DNA from: Macrostomum lignano
Taxonomy: Eukaryota
Assembly (NCBI GenBank): GCA_002269645.1
Contig: NIVC01000137.1
Coordinates: forward strand, 496,001-560,000
Length of the DNA: 64,000 nt
Direction of reading: 5' to 3'
Shown here: positions 50,090-62,970 of the stretch, one piece after another
Layout: each line of letters opens with the position of its first letter
Numbering within the stretch: the first letter of the stretch is position 1
Position numbers and translations under genes: made by a program
Notes under the pieces: model-generated
Databases searched by the model: none
Told to the model about the DNA's origin: nothing
What the model saw: the letters and a program-made list of their open reading frames with translations, nothing else

Positions 50090-53000
50090 GGGTGGCTAGG
50101 CCTGGGAGAGCTGGGCCCGTCGGTATCCTCATCATTGCTGGTGTTTGTGGTGGTGGTCGGCGAGTAGTGGGCACCAAAGGCGGCTCTCAGAAATCCAGCA
50201 TGAGCGGCGTTGAGTTGCCGCTCTAGCGGCCGGGCCGGGATGGTCAGTGCAGGTCCACTTTTTCAAAATTGTAAGGATGGTTTCTACTGTATATGGGACT
50301 GCCTGAAGCAGCCACCCTCTCAGCCGGTCCGGCAGCACGGGGAACTGCAGGACAGTCCGCAAGGTGGGGAATGCGCCCCTGCAGGCAAGCGCCCTGGCTA
50401 CACCGTGCCATCATGTCGTCCAAATGATGCTTGGCACAATAAGACCGCCAAGGTTAAATGAACTCTTTGCAGCGCGGCAGCTACGCCACCTACCCGTTCG
50501 TGCAGCGGCAGTAGATCTCAGCTGGAAGGTCCGTATGTACAGTCAGCATCATTGTCTTTTTTGTTGTTCACGGACAGTCCGATCCCAGGGGCCGCCGTCA
50601 GCTGGTCTAGCAGGCGTTATGAGCTCCAACAGCAGCGCTAGGTCGGCCGCGTATGCTAGAACGGAGAGTCACTTCTCGGCGTGTCCAGCACCCCGGCCGG
50701 GGTGCTTTGTTCTGCGGCAGAGCAAAAATCCGTTGCAGTCGTCAGGGAGGCCAGTGCGCAGTACCCAGTCCAGGACCAGGATGAACAGAAATGCAAGGTG
50801 TCCCCTTGGAGAACGCCGGAGCTGACGTGTCGAAAAAGTTGGAAAGGCCACCCGGTGTCACAACTGCAGCCCTAGTCTCCTGGTACAGAGCTAACAAAGC
50901 CATCACCAGCTGCTCAGGTATGATATGCGCGCAGGATGTTCGCGATGACCTGCCTCGACACCGAGTCAAAGGCCTTCAGGAAGTCCACGAAGATGCAGAT
51001 GATGGTCGACTGGTGGAGAGCGAGAATTTGGGTCACGTTGCCTCTGCCTGGGCCAGAATCCGTTCTGCTCGCGCCGGAGGAACGGGTCCAGGACCGGCTA
51101 CAGTCGCGACAGCAGAACCCTGTTAAACAGCTTAGCCGTGCAGAACATTAGTAAAATCCCGCGATGTTCTTTGATCTTGACGAAACCTGGTTTCTTTGGC
51201 AAGTGACGTTGTCAGTTTAAGTAGCCCCGCCAAGGGCCGTTTTAGCATACGGTACCAATCTATAATATTGTTGGTTTCGTACTCTCACGTCTGCTTAAAG
51301 TAGTGTCCAAAGAATTTTAATCAGCTTGCGTACATTTGTAAAGCCTGCGTACAGTGCGCGATCGATAATTTCTGTTTTCATTTTTTTCAGCCGGCCAATA
51401 GAAAAGCCGCGCATTAATTATGTTAAGTTCTCCTCGCGCGCCCACCCCCAGCCCGCTCTTTATCAGTCCTGTCTGGCTGGGCGCTCGGGGTTAGACCCCG
51501 TTTCTCCCGCGCCACACCTGTGCCGCTCTGCCCGCCCTTGGGCTCTCACTCCTTTTTTACTTGCCTACTCTCTCCGCCACGATTCTATCCACACCTTCGC
51601 CAGTCTCAGTCACGCCACTTCTACTGTCAGTTCAAGCTCGAACTACGAGCGCCGCCACCGTACGTTCACCGCCATCACTTCGTCACCGTTGCCTCAAACT
51701 CATCGACCCACTCTGCCTCCTACCATTAACTTATTGTTGTGTAGCCGCCAGTGCATCGTTTGCGAATTCAACTAGTACTTTGATCTATCTCCGTTACAAT
51801 AAACAAAGTCTGCGGCCATTGCCCGCACCAGTCATCATTATTGCCAAGTGCTACCGCTACAAATTAGCCTCTGCCGTATTTGTCTTGTCGATTATTTTCG
51901 AGGCCGCCACATTATTTCATCACAGGCATCCCGACGATATGCGCAGTCCACCACTCAGCAGGGGCGGGGCCCGCAGCTAGCACGCAGTTCATCACTCGTG
52001 TGACTTCCAACCCGACCTCGACAGGCACGTCGTCGTGCCAAGTAGCCCTGTTGCCTGGCAGCGTCTTCTTTGCAAGTTAGAGCACCTCGTCGATGGTGAT
52101 GGGGATGGTTTTAAAGGAGCTCTCCTCTGGAAGCGCAACCTCCGTGGACAATGACATGTCGTCGTCCCTTTGAAGTGAAACGAAGGCGCCGTTAGCAAGA
52201 GGATGGGAGAAATCAGCCGACACGCGCGTGATGCGTGAACAAGCATCCAGCCTTGGCAGCAACTCCCCAGATGCACAAGATCTGCATGCCTAAAAATAGT
52301 CCTGATGATCGGCGAGCAAGAAGCCCAGCCATGCGACCCTCGCGTGATGCATGCACAACCTCTGACCGACACTGCCTATTGGGCCTCGAAATCCCACTCT
52401 CTCTCCCTACTGCTCCTATTCCTCGTTGCTCGCGTACAGTGTGCTAGCTTATAAAATATACTGATTGAAGAGGAAAGATCCTCGCCTGAAGTTTGAGAAT
52501 GTGACTCTAGAGATCACACAGAGAAAGTTACCATCAGGTCCATTGTTCGTTGTCTTCCTGAACTGTTGGCAGAAGGAAACGATAATATGGGAAAAAGCCA
52601 TATAAATTGTCGTTTCACCTTTGCGGCGGAGGAAGGCGCGTTGACTGTACCAGAGAAGAAGGTCCGCAGCTCATTTCACCTCTCTTCAGGCGTATCACCC
52701 GCCAGGTTTAGAGCGTTGCGACTCTTTCAGCCTGTCAGATGATTAACGACCGACCAGTCGGCGTGCGGTTTCTTGTCGGGGCCGGCGTCTGTGATCTCAT
52801 GAATAGCGGTCTGAACCACGGCGCCTTGCCGGGCTTTAAAAAGTCTCTGCTAGAGACTCTTATTCCTTCTCCGTAGGCTGTCGCCTTCTCCACAGTCTCT
52901 CCACTTTCAGCTGCGTCTGCCGCAGCACTTCGTCATCTTGCCACACTGGCCGGTTCCTTTCTGCTGGCTTCACCAACGGAAGAGTCTTGGTAGCGGCGGA

Positions 53001-54200
53001 TTGGATGGCGGCACTGATGTCCGGGTACTCTGCTGGGGTTGATGTGTCTGGTCGTCCTTTCTGCGCCTCGTCAAAGGCCGGGTAGAAGCGGCCACTTCTA
53101 ACCGGGTCGCGTAGGGCGCATAAGTAGCGCTTTGGGCTGTTTTTTCGGTGGTCGATAAATAATTTTGCGGGTCCCTCAGGCGCAGGTCGCAGTAGAGCAG
53201 CCTGTTGGTCTGATCGCACTGCCAGCGGAGCCACCGTGTCACAGGTGGTCACTTGCCGTCGCTCTCGCTGGCGAAACAGCACGTGGTCGAGCTGTGCGAG
53301 TACGAAGTTTTCCGTACGCTTTCCAACGTGGCCGTTTACAGCCAGCAAATGTTGCCGATCTGTGAAGCGGCTTCCTAAACAGCATTTTTGCTGAGACCAG
53401 ATCGTGGCGGTCCATGAAATCCATTAGAGCATTAGTATTGTTGTTTTCGCGTGGCGCTACAAAGCGGGCGTGCTCGGACCTTCGTATGACGGCGTTGAGA
53501 TCCAGTAAAGTGTCAAGTTGAGCGGTCTTCTTCAGCTGCGCTGACAGGAACTCCAGAAACTGCTCTACTTAGCTGGGTGTGCAGCAGAAGAGCCACATGT
53601 TACGCCTGCAAAGTCGAATGTCGACGCGCAGCAGCCGCGGTGACAGGCTCTCATAGCGTGTACTTTGCTGAATCATCAATTCCTCCCCGTGCTTTAGAGT
53701 CCGCTGATGTGTATTGCAGAAGCCAGTCACCAACTAGGTGCTCCTGGTGAAGCCCAGGCTCGGCCGTGATGGAGAGCTCCTGTAGCATAATAATATCAAG
53801 TTGTCACCTGCAAGCTGGTCCAAAAGATGTTGTCTCCGCTTTGCTCGAAGAGTTCGTCAGTTCCAGGTAGCAATTCTGAGCTAAATTGCTATGCGCATTT
53901 TGGTTCGGCTGGTGTCCGGTGATTTTGAACCTCACGGTTCCTGGCGCCACCCAGCGCGGATCCGCATCACCAGTTTGAAGGGGCCGGCTGCCTGCGGCTC
54001 GTCGCTCGCGTCCCCAAGGTCGACCACGGCGATTTCTCTCACGGCGTCGATCGTTCTTTGCGTCGATGCTCACTTCGATTGTGCCGCCCTTGGCAGCCGC
54101 AGAAGAATCGCGACTCTCCGATGAGGCCTTGAAAAGAACCACTAGCATGCTTGGCGGTAGCACCAGGAGGCGGCGGCGCTATCTCGCGAGCCGCGGTGCA
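50090..54200 (-). mobile_element. Decayed non-LTR retrotransposon (RTE-like; APE endonuclease + RT)
   Basis: Minus-strand fragments: LAQLDHVLFR and SDH/RLLYCDL (APE); PITIDEV; HIVGMPKKPG; KLFNRVLLSRLQ; FVDFLKAFDSVSR; GVLQGDTL; LAYAADLAL; FIYLGG (RT). Many frameshifts and stops. Confidence 0.8.
51202..51924. mobile_element. Probable solo LTR (723 bp) inserted in the LINE RT
   Basis: Ends AGTGACG...CATCACA (TG..CA-like inverted termini, one mismatch) with 4-bp TSD GGCA. Removing it restores CATATCGTCGGGATGCCAAAGAAACCAGG = HIVGMPKKPG. Confidence 0.65.
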
Positions 54201-54595
54201 GGATAACAACGTTTACTGTAACTAACTGTTAGCAGAAGAGTATGCGAGCGTAAAAACAACTTAAATATGGTTAAATATGGTTAAATATGGTTAATATGGT
54301 TAGCTGGCCCGTTACATGTAATGCATGTAACAACTGTGCGGGGTTTAAACAGTCGTATAGTAGCATCAAGGAGCACTGTAGTATATAGAGGGTGTATATC
54401 TAAAACTCAAAGCTCGTGTACATGTGATTTTTGGGAGGCCAATTCCCTAGAATAAAACACTGCAGTAGATAGAAAATGTAATGCAGCTAGTGAAATCATG
54501 TGCATTATACATGTGTATTTATATCGTTATTACACTGTATACGAGCTAAATGTATATATAGATAGATGTATACTGCAGTTTACTGTAGATTCAAG

Positions 54596-55309
54596 TCACT
54601 CAAGTCGGTACTTGACCCAGTCGGCGCTCGTCTCGATCTCCTCCTCCACCTGAGCGTCGGTGAACAGCAGCAGGCGGCAGGCTCTCAGCTTGCTGTTGTA
54701 CAGCACGTGCCTGCAGTTTCCATTGCGCATGGCGGCCGCTGTGCACTCGACAGCGCTGCTCACGTTCGTCACGTCAGTGAAGCAGTAAAAAGAGTTGTAC
54801 TTCGCCCGTTTGAACTCATCAGCTTTCCAGATGCCAGCAGTTGGCTTGAAGGCAGACGGATCCACAAACTCGCATACAAAGCCGTATGAATTGCCGCAGG
54901 GAATATCAGCAATTAGGTTGTCTACCTTTCGAAGACAGTTTTCCTCACTATAACCCGTAGCGGACAAAGCCCTGTCCTCCGGATAGAGTCCTTTGCCGTT
55001 GACCCTCTGCCAGCCAGCTCTGCTGTTGCCTCTCTCATCAGCCAGATCGCTAAGTCCGACCCACAGTTCGCAGCTGCAGTCGACGGCACGTGTAATATTT
55101 CCATTGATCAGCAGCTGCAGCGAGCTGTACGAGTTGATCAGCTCGCCTCCGATCAATGCGCACTGCGAATTGGCTGAACACCAGCTGTGGCTGTGAGCTG
55201 TGCTCACGAACAGGCACTTGCTATCGGCCTCAATGCTGAATGGGGCTGGGCACAGAAGGGCCGGCACTGACTGCCAACAGCTCGGCAGAATTAGCAGCAG
55301 TAGGAACAT
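54596..55309 (-). CDS. Secreted C-type lectin-domain protein with a C-terminal PAN/apple-like module, intronless, 237 aa
   Basis: Signal peptide MFLLLLILPSCWQSVPA. CTLD CPAPF..KCL..SWCSANSQC..GGEL..LWVGLSD..W..EENC..DIPC..YGFVCE, then SSAVECTAA..NCRHVLYN..CRLL. Confidence 0.8.
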   Translation of the reverse strand: MFLLLLILPSCWQSVPALLCPAPFSIEADSKCLFVSTAHSHSWCSANSQCALIGGELINSYSSLQLLINGNITRAVDCSCELWVGLSDLADERGNSRAGWQRVNGKGLYPEDRALSATGYSEENCLRKVDNLIADIPCGNSYGFVCEFVDPSAFKPTAGIWKADEFKRAKYNSFYCFTDVTNVSSAVECTAAAMRNGNCRHVLYNSKLRACRLLLFTDAQVEEEIETSADWVKYRLE

Positions 55310-55767
55310 TGTCGAGCATGGATGCGCTTGAAACCAAGTCAAATAATTCAAAGGCTTATATACCGTAGGTTCAATACCAATCTACAATCTTTGTGAATAA
55401 GTAGATATTACCTGCTTTTCTCTGACTCAGACTGTTTCAGCAAATAAGAACGGCACATTAAATGCATTCTCTTAGACCAATGTAGCCTTTGAATTCTACA
55501 GACGTCATTTTTTCTTTCACGCTGGTCAAGTTTTCTGAATTCAAATGAATAGAAAAGTCTTTATATTTCTGTGAGTCACAGAATGGCACTACGGTTATGT
55601 CTGGAGAGAACATTGAGAAATCCTTTGGAAGTTCTGAAATCGATTCTCTCTATTAGAATTTTGACCTACATGTATCCTATAGGGTCACAATTGCAGGTTC
55701 CAGGATATGAAAGCCCCAAGGTCTCAGAGGCGTAAAAGATAAATGTTTTCAACCATATAGCTGTACA

Positions 55768-56185
55768 CAGGGGTGTCGCTATGGATTTTATGGTGGGGGT
55801 CGGAAGGGACGACAAAGCCAAGAATTCTACATGATTATAAATTCAGGGCTTATTTTGGCGCCCCAGGAACACATTTTGGCGTCGATCGAGGCGCCTTCTT
55901 TGTGGCGTCCTGAAAACATTTTTTTTATTTTCATATCGGGTGACAAATGGTGAAATATCGCGTAGGAGGGATTCCTCCTCCACACTGGGAAAGGGTATAT
56001 ATCGAAACGACATCAAAATATCGATTATTCATGTCATTTTTTTTTAAAAATGACATCGCAAAAAGGATTGATTGTTGCATAATTGTTCCATTTTAGCCAT
56101 TCTTACATTTAATTGGCTCAAATCAATACTGGGCCGGGGGGCCGGGGGCATGTCCCTTCTGCCCTCCAGTGGCGACGCCCCCCTG
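55768..56185. mobile_element. hAT-type MITE, 418 bp
   Basis: Left CAGGGGTGTCGCTA; right end reverse complement CAGGGGGGCGTCGCCA. Perfect 8-bp TSD GCTGTACA (55760-55767 / 56186-56193). Confidence 0.88.
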
Positions 56186-57912
56186 GCTGTACAAAAGAGA
56201 ATGAGTTACTTAACATTTTATCGCGCTTGTATATGTACCAAGTAAAAAGCTGTTTGCCTGCGGCCTGGCAGCCCCTTGTTTTACGATTCATGATAAAGCA
56301 TTCACTAAAACATCTACCAGAAATTTTCTGCGAATGATGCCTGGATACGCTATACATGTACTGCATTTACTGTACTACATATATGTCAATCGCTAATTCT
56401 AAGGTAATTTAGTGAGTAGTACGTATACATACATATACATTTAATATTGGGTTCTTTATATTGGAAGCTAGCTTTCTGCTTCAGAATGCAGATATTATCA
56501 CTGCAGCACTCTGACCTGCCACTTCTGTCAGATGCAGTCATATGCAGCCCCCAAAGTAATGCGATGTTGAAACCATGGTATAAATATTACATGTAGATCC
56601 TAATGCTACATGTACGCGTGTGGTGCACCGACATACAGGCGGCAAGCAATTAGAGAAACAATTAGCAAGGGATTGAGACCCATCATGCGGGCAGGGTCTT
56701 GTCCGCGCTTAACCCTAGGTCAGATGTATATGTGCATGTGCCCACTTGGACTGGCCTGATCTCGACCCTACACCGGCAGGGTACTACACTGTGCAGTACA
56801 TACGCGTGTTTTTAATTTTTACCTACTATTGATTCCATGCAGTCACATTTTCGCGAGAAATTTTGAAAAAGTTTTTTTCACTTAAGCTCTTCAAATAAAG
56901 TAGTTTTTTTACATATGAGGTCGCTAATTAGCCCGTTTTTCTTCCGCTAACTGTCGTTTTTTATGTCTGGCTAATTGTACATGTAATTGTCGCCGTGGGG
57001 ACACAATGGCAATTAAACCAAGGATACCATGCTCGAGTCTTATTGCACCTAAAGATTTCAAATTAAATAAACACGACTTTCTAAAAAGAAAGAGAAATGT
57101 GATGCCGAAATCACGGCATTTTAAAAAAATCTCAAATAATGATTTGCCGATTTGCTTTCCATTGTATAGTTTTAATACACCGGACAACCGTAAAACAAAA
57201 CTTCAGTGCAAATACCAGTACATTAATTATTAGTAGTTAATTTATAGTAAAAATTGTCAAAAGTTGTCTTCTTAAATTGAGCTAATACACTTCACCTAAT
57301 TTACCACAAGAGTCTACAGAGTTGATACATTTTTGAATACTTTATATTCCTAGATTGCATTTGCAATTCGTTGTTTCTTAAATTATGCATTTAGTTGGTA
57401 TTAAAAAATTAAAGGTATGCCTATTACCTTTTTCGTGGATACATAATTTGCTTATTTTCAAAAGCTTAAATAGTTGGTCATTTTCTAGCAAGACGTTGTT
57501 TTCGTTTTTCTGTTATTTGTATCATGTGGCTGTTTATATATTATTTATCATTGTATCAGTATCACGAGCTTTATGTTTCTGAATTTTGTACACTTGTTTC
57601 ATAAGCACCGAGATTCATTCATCAAGACTTAAAAGTTTTTAATGAGCGCAGAATTTCACTTATAATATAAAATTACCAAAATATGTCTTTGGGACTCTTC
57701 TAGACAATTCTTTTGTATAGTATAATTCCCAACAAAAAATATATTATAGTGTATTTAAAGAATTTTTTTATTTCATATTATTGCAAAAAGAACAGTTTGA
57801 AGTTAATAATTGATGTTAAATATTTTCTTCATTCCTTATCCGGACAGTATTTCAAATCAGGAACTATATCCTAATTATTTTCATCTTTTTCAATTGCAGC
57901 CAGTTGAAAAAC

Positions 57913-60900
57913 ATGTCAGACAGATTCAATCAAGATGAAACCCATTTCAACAGCATTTGTTTGGAAAAATTTTCAACTGATCCGCTGCGCATTCTGCCCT
58001 GCGAGCTGCAAAGCCAAATCCTCAGCCTGCTCGACTGTCGCTCGCTTGCAACCTGCCGTCTGGTAAACTCCCATTGGCTGGCTCGAGTTGACTTTGATAG
58101 CCATTTGTGGTCGGCCGTCGGCCTTCGGATGGGCTTGCGTCGGCGACCGTCTCGCGATTGTGCCAGCGATCGGCGCTTCATACAGGAGACAGCAGCGAAG
58201 TGCCGGCTGTCGTGCGCCTGGATTGACTGCACCGAGGGCGCGGTGGAGCGGACCGACAGCGGCCCGGGCGGTGTGTCTCCAATGACAGCGTCGCCGAAAT
58301 TGAAGTCCCTATGGCGATTGGTCTGTCTGCGTGTTTGCCAACTTCCAGGTAAATTAGTCGTTGATTCCTTATAGCAGACGGCAGACTTTCATGTAGCCTT
58401 CAAATATTCCTGAACGCGCTTGGACAACTACAGTAGAAGGCGTCTGAACTTTTTATCACTGCACATTAGTTACGTGGTCGGGATTTCGCGCTTAATTTCA
58501 CCATCAAGTATTTTCTTCCAAGCATCAATAATTTTCAAATCGTGTTGGATTTTTCCACAAAAGCATAGAAGCTTAATAGCTTAGAAATTATTGAATTTTA
58601 ACAAACTGCTTGAAATACATATTCGGGATATCTTCCAGAAATAAGATAGAGTTACAGGTAGTTCAACGAAAGGGATTACGTATTAAAGCTACTTGTTAAG
58701 TTTTGACAAACACGATTTTTAATGACTTCAATTACCGACAATGCCTCGCTGTGGGGCAACCTTAGGAGGACTCCTATGACATCACTAGCTACTTTAATTG
58801 TTCACTGCTCATCTGCTCCCTATCACAGGTCAGCAAACTCGCCTTCACTTATGGCACTATGCACCGAACACAAACCGATTAAGCGAAGCAAACAACTGTC
58901 AGAGTGCTCAAATTCTCTGTCCAGCTGGAAGCGTCCACGAGGGCGCCGGCAATGAGGCGTTTCGCTGGTGGCCCGGCGCTTTGTCTTCCGGCTGCCATGT
59001 CGGCAGTCACCTCGGCTGTCTGGCTGACTGCGGCGGAGTCGCCTGCGCTGTTGCTCAACCACCTAGTCGAAGCGTCTCAGCCAACGCACTTGGCGCCATT
59101 CTCGTCCGCCTGCCGTTGACGCCGTTTTCTTCATCGCCGACGACTTCGAAATGGTCGACGTTGGACATGACCGGATGCTCGGGCAGACTGGAGAGACTTG
59201 CCGCGATCGGGCTTCACACGTGCGTCAGCGGAAATGCTGGCTATGCGGGAGCTGCCGGTCGTCGCAATAGCCTGCACAGTCGGAGCCTGCTGTCGGAGAA
59301 AAGCGGCGTTAGCAGCGCCGGTAGTGTTCAAGTTGCACTGGGTCTGACTGCATCCAATCGCTTCATGGCTTGGATAGTGTCTGATAAGGCAAGCTTTTGC
59401 AATTCATTCAGTTCTGAGGACTTCTTGAATATTAGGTCTATTTCGATGGAACTTATTTTTTGCACTAATAATAGCAATAATTGATTGCACCTGCCCTAAT
59501 CTAAAGGCTGCGTACGGTTATTCAGTCCCAAGACTGGGGGGTCGCCACACACACCCTCAAATACCCCAGCTAATGCTGGCACCCATTTTACAGCTGGGTG
59601 AACTGAAGCAATGCAGAGTTAAGTGTCGTGCTTAAGAACACAAATTGTTCCGAGTGGGTCAAGAATTGAACCCTCGAAATTTCACTCGTGAGTCACTGCT
59701 AACCATCAAAGAGTTCAAGTCACACTAAACATTTGGGAAAACCAATGTCTGAACTTTATGTTTAGAATAAACTACAAGCAAGACTTTCATTTTTATTATA
59801 TTAGATCTATTCTATAACGCCGAATTCAGCTGAAAACAGTACACAAAATCTGACCACTACCACATTATAGACGTCGGCTGCTCCAGAATCCAGAGCACCG
59901 ATTGCCGCTTCCCTTCAACTGTCGGCTCTAGCAGCTCAGCAGCCGCACCAGAAGCATCAACTGCCGTCCGATTCATCGCAGTGTCGCCTCTGGTGCCTGT
60001 CTGAATCCCCTGGCAGGCGTTGCAGACGTCGCAATTTGCGCACCCGTCGGGTGAGCTTGTCGACACTTTTGCCAACTCCGGCGATGTCAGCTTTGCAATC
60101 GCAGCCAAGACGTTGCTTTGTTGTCGCCGCTCTGACCGATGGTACGGCGGCCGTTGTGCAAGTGCACTGCTCCTGCTGCTGCTGCGGTGGTGGCAGCGAC
60201 AGTTCAACCGGAGTTCGTCTTCAGTAAGTTGCTCGCATCGGCAGCGACGACCAGCTGGTGCGCGACGTTCTGCCTTTCAATGCGGCGCCACCACCAGCCA
60301 GCGGATTCGGCGACAACGAAGCCAGCGCTGGTGACAATGCCGACGACACCGTGGGATTCACGGCAGTTATGACGCCAGCGTCAGCCTCCACTACGGAGCC
60401 GATGTTCTGGTTGAGAGAGTTCGCCTGCCGTGACGACTGCAAGCTGACATCAGAAAGTTCAACTGCCACTAGCGACGTCTGGGATGCCTGGATCTGCCGT
60501 TCCGCTGCTGCCTACAGTCTGCCTAGCAACTACGAGAGGCTTGTCCTTTGCGCAGCCGGTAGAACTTTCCTCTGCCTGTTCGCGTCCCACTGGTCGGCTG
60601 GAGCGGCTCTGCTGGTTTATCGACGGGCAAAAAAGCTACCGCTGTTCGTTGTGGAGTTTCCTCAGTACGCGCAGACGTTTCCCAGGTGAATTCGAGATTT
60701 GATTTCGAGAGCATTACGTAGACCTATGACTATTTCAGTTAGTTGACTGAAAGAAGAAAATGAGGACACGAATTTCATTGTGTTGAATGTCTTGAAGCCC
60801 TGCTGAAACGTTGACTACATTAGAAGGGCGTAGATACGCGAAACTTTAAAATAGAGTTATGTAACAAATATGAATCTAGAACGTAAATTTTCCTGTCAGA

Positions 60901-61393
60901 AAGTAAGTTTTTAAATACTGTAATTGTAAAATTTGAATATATTCCGTGCCTTTCTTGATATGCTGTTACACCAATAAAATAACCCCTACTTAGGTACGAG
61001 TTGCACCAACCTGTGTGGGTTAATCAAGTCTGGTTCGATCGAGGCATCACCAGCAACACCGAAGAGGACATTGACGACAATGGTAATGGTGCGAAGACAG
61101 CGCAAGACGAAGATGACTCAGCCGTATTGCAGCCTCTTCTGCTGTTCGCCTGTCCAATGCACGGCTTCAGTCGCTGCCTGCTGCTCAGCTGCTCGCGACT
61201 TGGCGGATGCGAGCTGGACAACGCCATGGCAACATCGGCTGCCACCACTGACGTCGAGTCAGAGGCCAGCGGCGGTGGAGTAATCGGCATGTCTCGACTG
61301 GCTGGCGGACTGCACCTCGTGGCCTGTAGCGGCTACGAGTTCAACGGATGTAAACAGTTTTGTCGCCGGCGCAGCGTTGGCCTGCCTCACTGA
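57913..61393 (+). CDS. F-box protein, 4 predicted exons, with an in-frame TAA at 60225-60227 (possible pseudogene or extra small intron)
   Basis: F-box DPLRILPCELQSQILSLLDCRSLATCRLVNSHW. Exons 57913-58348, 58829-59388 (GC donor), 59871-60685 and 60994-61393 join in phases 1, 0 and 2. Confidence 0.6.
59505..59680 (-). mobile_element. SINE family A, 5'/3'-partial copy 3, in F-box intron 2
   Basis: AAGGCTGCGTACGG..CAGTCC..CCCCAGCTAATGCTGGCACCCATTTTACAGCTGGGTGAACTGAAGCAATGCAGAGTTAA is near-identical to 9375-9497. Confidence 0.75.
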
Positions 61394-62970
61394 GCTTCGG
61401 GTCGGTTGGTTGGTTCGAGCGCTCGAACTAGAATCGCAAGAATCGTCAGGCACTAAAGAAACCTATTCTATTTCATTGCAATCCATCTGATAATTTTTGA
61501 CTTAATGTTCGATAAATTGCAATACAGAAGCATCCGACACTATCTTAAAAATCAAAACTCGATATTAAACGTGCATTTCCATATCATTTTTGTGTTGTTC
61601 TTTAAAATCTAAATGTAATCTGTTAAAACTTTGAGGTTTCTTTCTCAGCGTTCGGTGGGGCCTTATCTTTGACCCGCCTTTAGTCTGATAATGGTGTTTA
61701 ATTGGAAACCTACTGCGTCTTGATTAATAGTTTAAAGTCCTTGTCTTAACAACTTTACACTTCGTTGTCAGAAATGGTGCTGTATAGTAGGTTCAACTAT
61801 CCAGTGCATTACCTTTTCAGTCATCCAGCCCCATGCGGTCGTTTGTGCAACCTACATTTGCATGTAAATTTGCTTCTCTATTTGGCGTTTAATTTCTACA
61901 AAAAAGTTGATGATATTTTGATTCGGAATAATAGTCCTGAATTACTGATTAGTCAATACCTTTTTGTTACACCAGTGATTAAACCATTCCAGTCTTCAAC
62001 CTCGTAAACGTATTGTTTTATATTCGTTGACAATACATTTGAATTTATGATTTGCAGTTAATTTTTTAAACAAAAATTCAAAAAGGAAATTGTTTTCGAA
62101 TCCATATTGCTTGAAAAAACTTGAAAAGATTTATATTACTGGAAAGTACATGTAACATTTAAAATTCTAGTCCTTATTTCAAACCATGCAGTTTCGATTC
62201 TCCGTAACGACTACGAGCGAATTATTAACGCAGACAATGGTCGATTTTCAGCGATATTACTTCCTTCGCCAGTGCAATAGTGATTTAAAACTGCTTTGAT
62301 AATTTCCTTCGATTCTGGAAGCTCAAGAACTTGTTGTACTTCTCTAAGAATGTATCGATTTCTAAGAAATGCGAGCGTGACGTCCTGCCTCACTTGACGG
62401 TGGTCTGAAGCTGCACTACGATCGTATCAATTTCCGCTGGTCGCATGAGTTTTAAAATCTTCAAATTGTCTCATGCATATTACTTTCAGTAGACAGATCA
62501 GTAAATGATTGCACTTTCATAGATTTACTTTCATCTACTGTTCCATAAAATTTGGAAAATTTGTCAGCCATTTTGATCATGGTTAACAACATTTTACATT
62601 TGTATAATGACCGGATCTAACTACTCAAGGTTATCACAGTATGTGCAAATGCATGCAAGTAGGCACTGGTGTAAATTAAAATCGTTTATTGATTGTTTCC
62701 CCGATGAGAAACATAAAATATGAAATATTCGATTGCAACTTTTCATATCCTTACAGTCTCGGGTATATGTTCCTGCCTGTCTAAGTTAGAGATGGATGAA
62801 AAATTAAACTAAAAGTACATGTAACTAATTTTATAAATGAACTAATAATACATTTTTCAAATATATACTCTAGCAATTTGTCGGTTGCAGCTTAAACTGA
62901 TTTGTACGTAAAATTCTGTAGGCTTGTTGAAGAAAAAAAGTTCTTTGTTTTAATAAATCCCTTGTTGAAG

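Noticed and set aside
52150-52610. Possible second insertion in the LINE linker
   Set aside because: The LINE-like frame is interrupted, but no TSD or clear termini could be defined, so it is not called.
62211-62393. 60-aa minus-strand ORF
   Set aside because: No ATG start, recognisable motif or confident splice partners.
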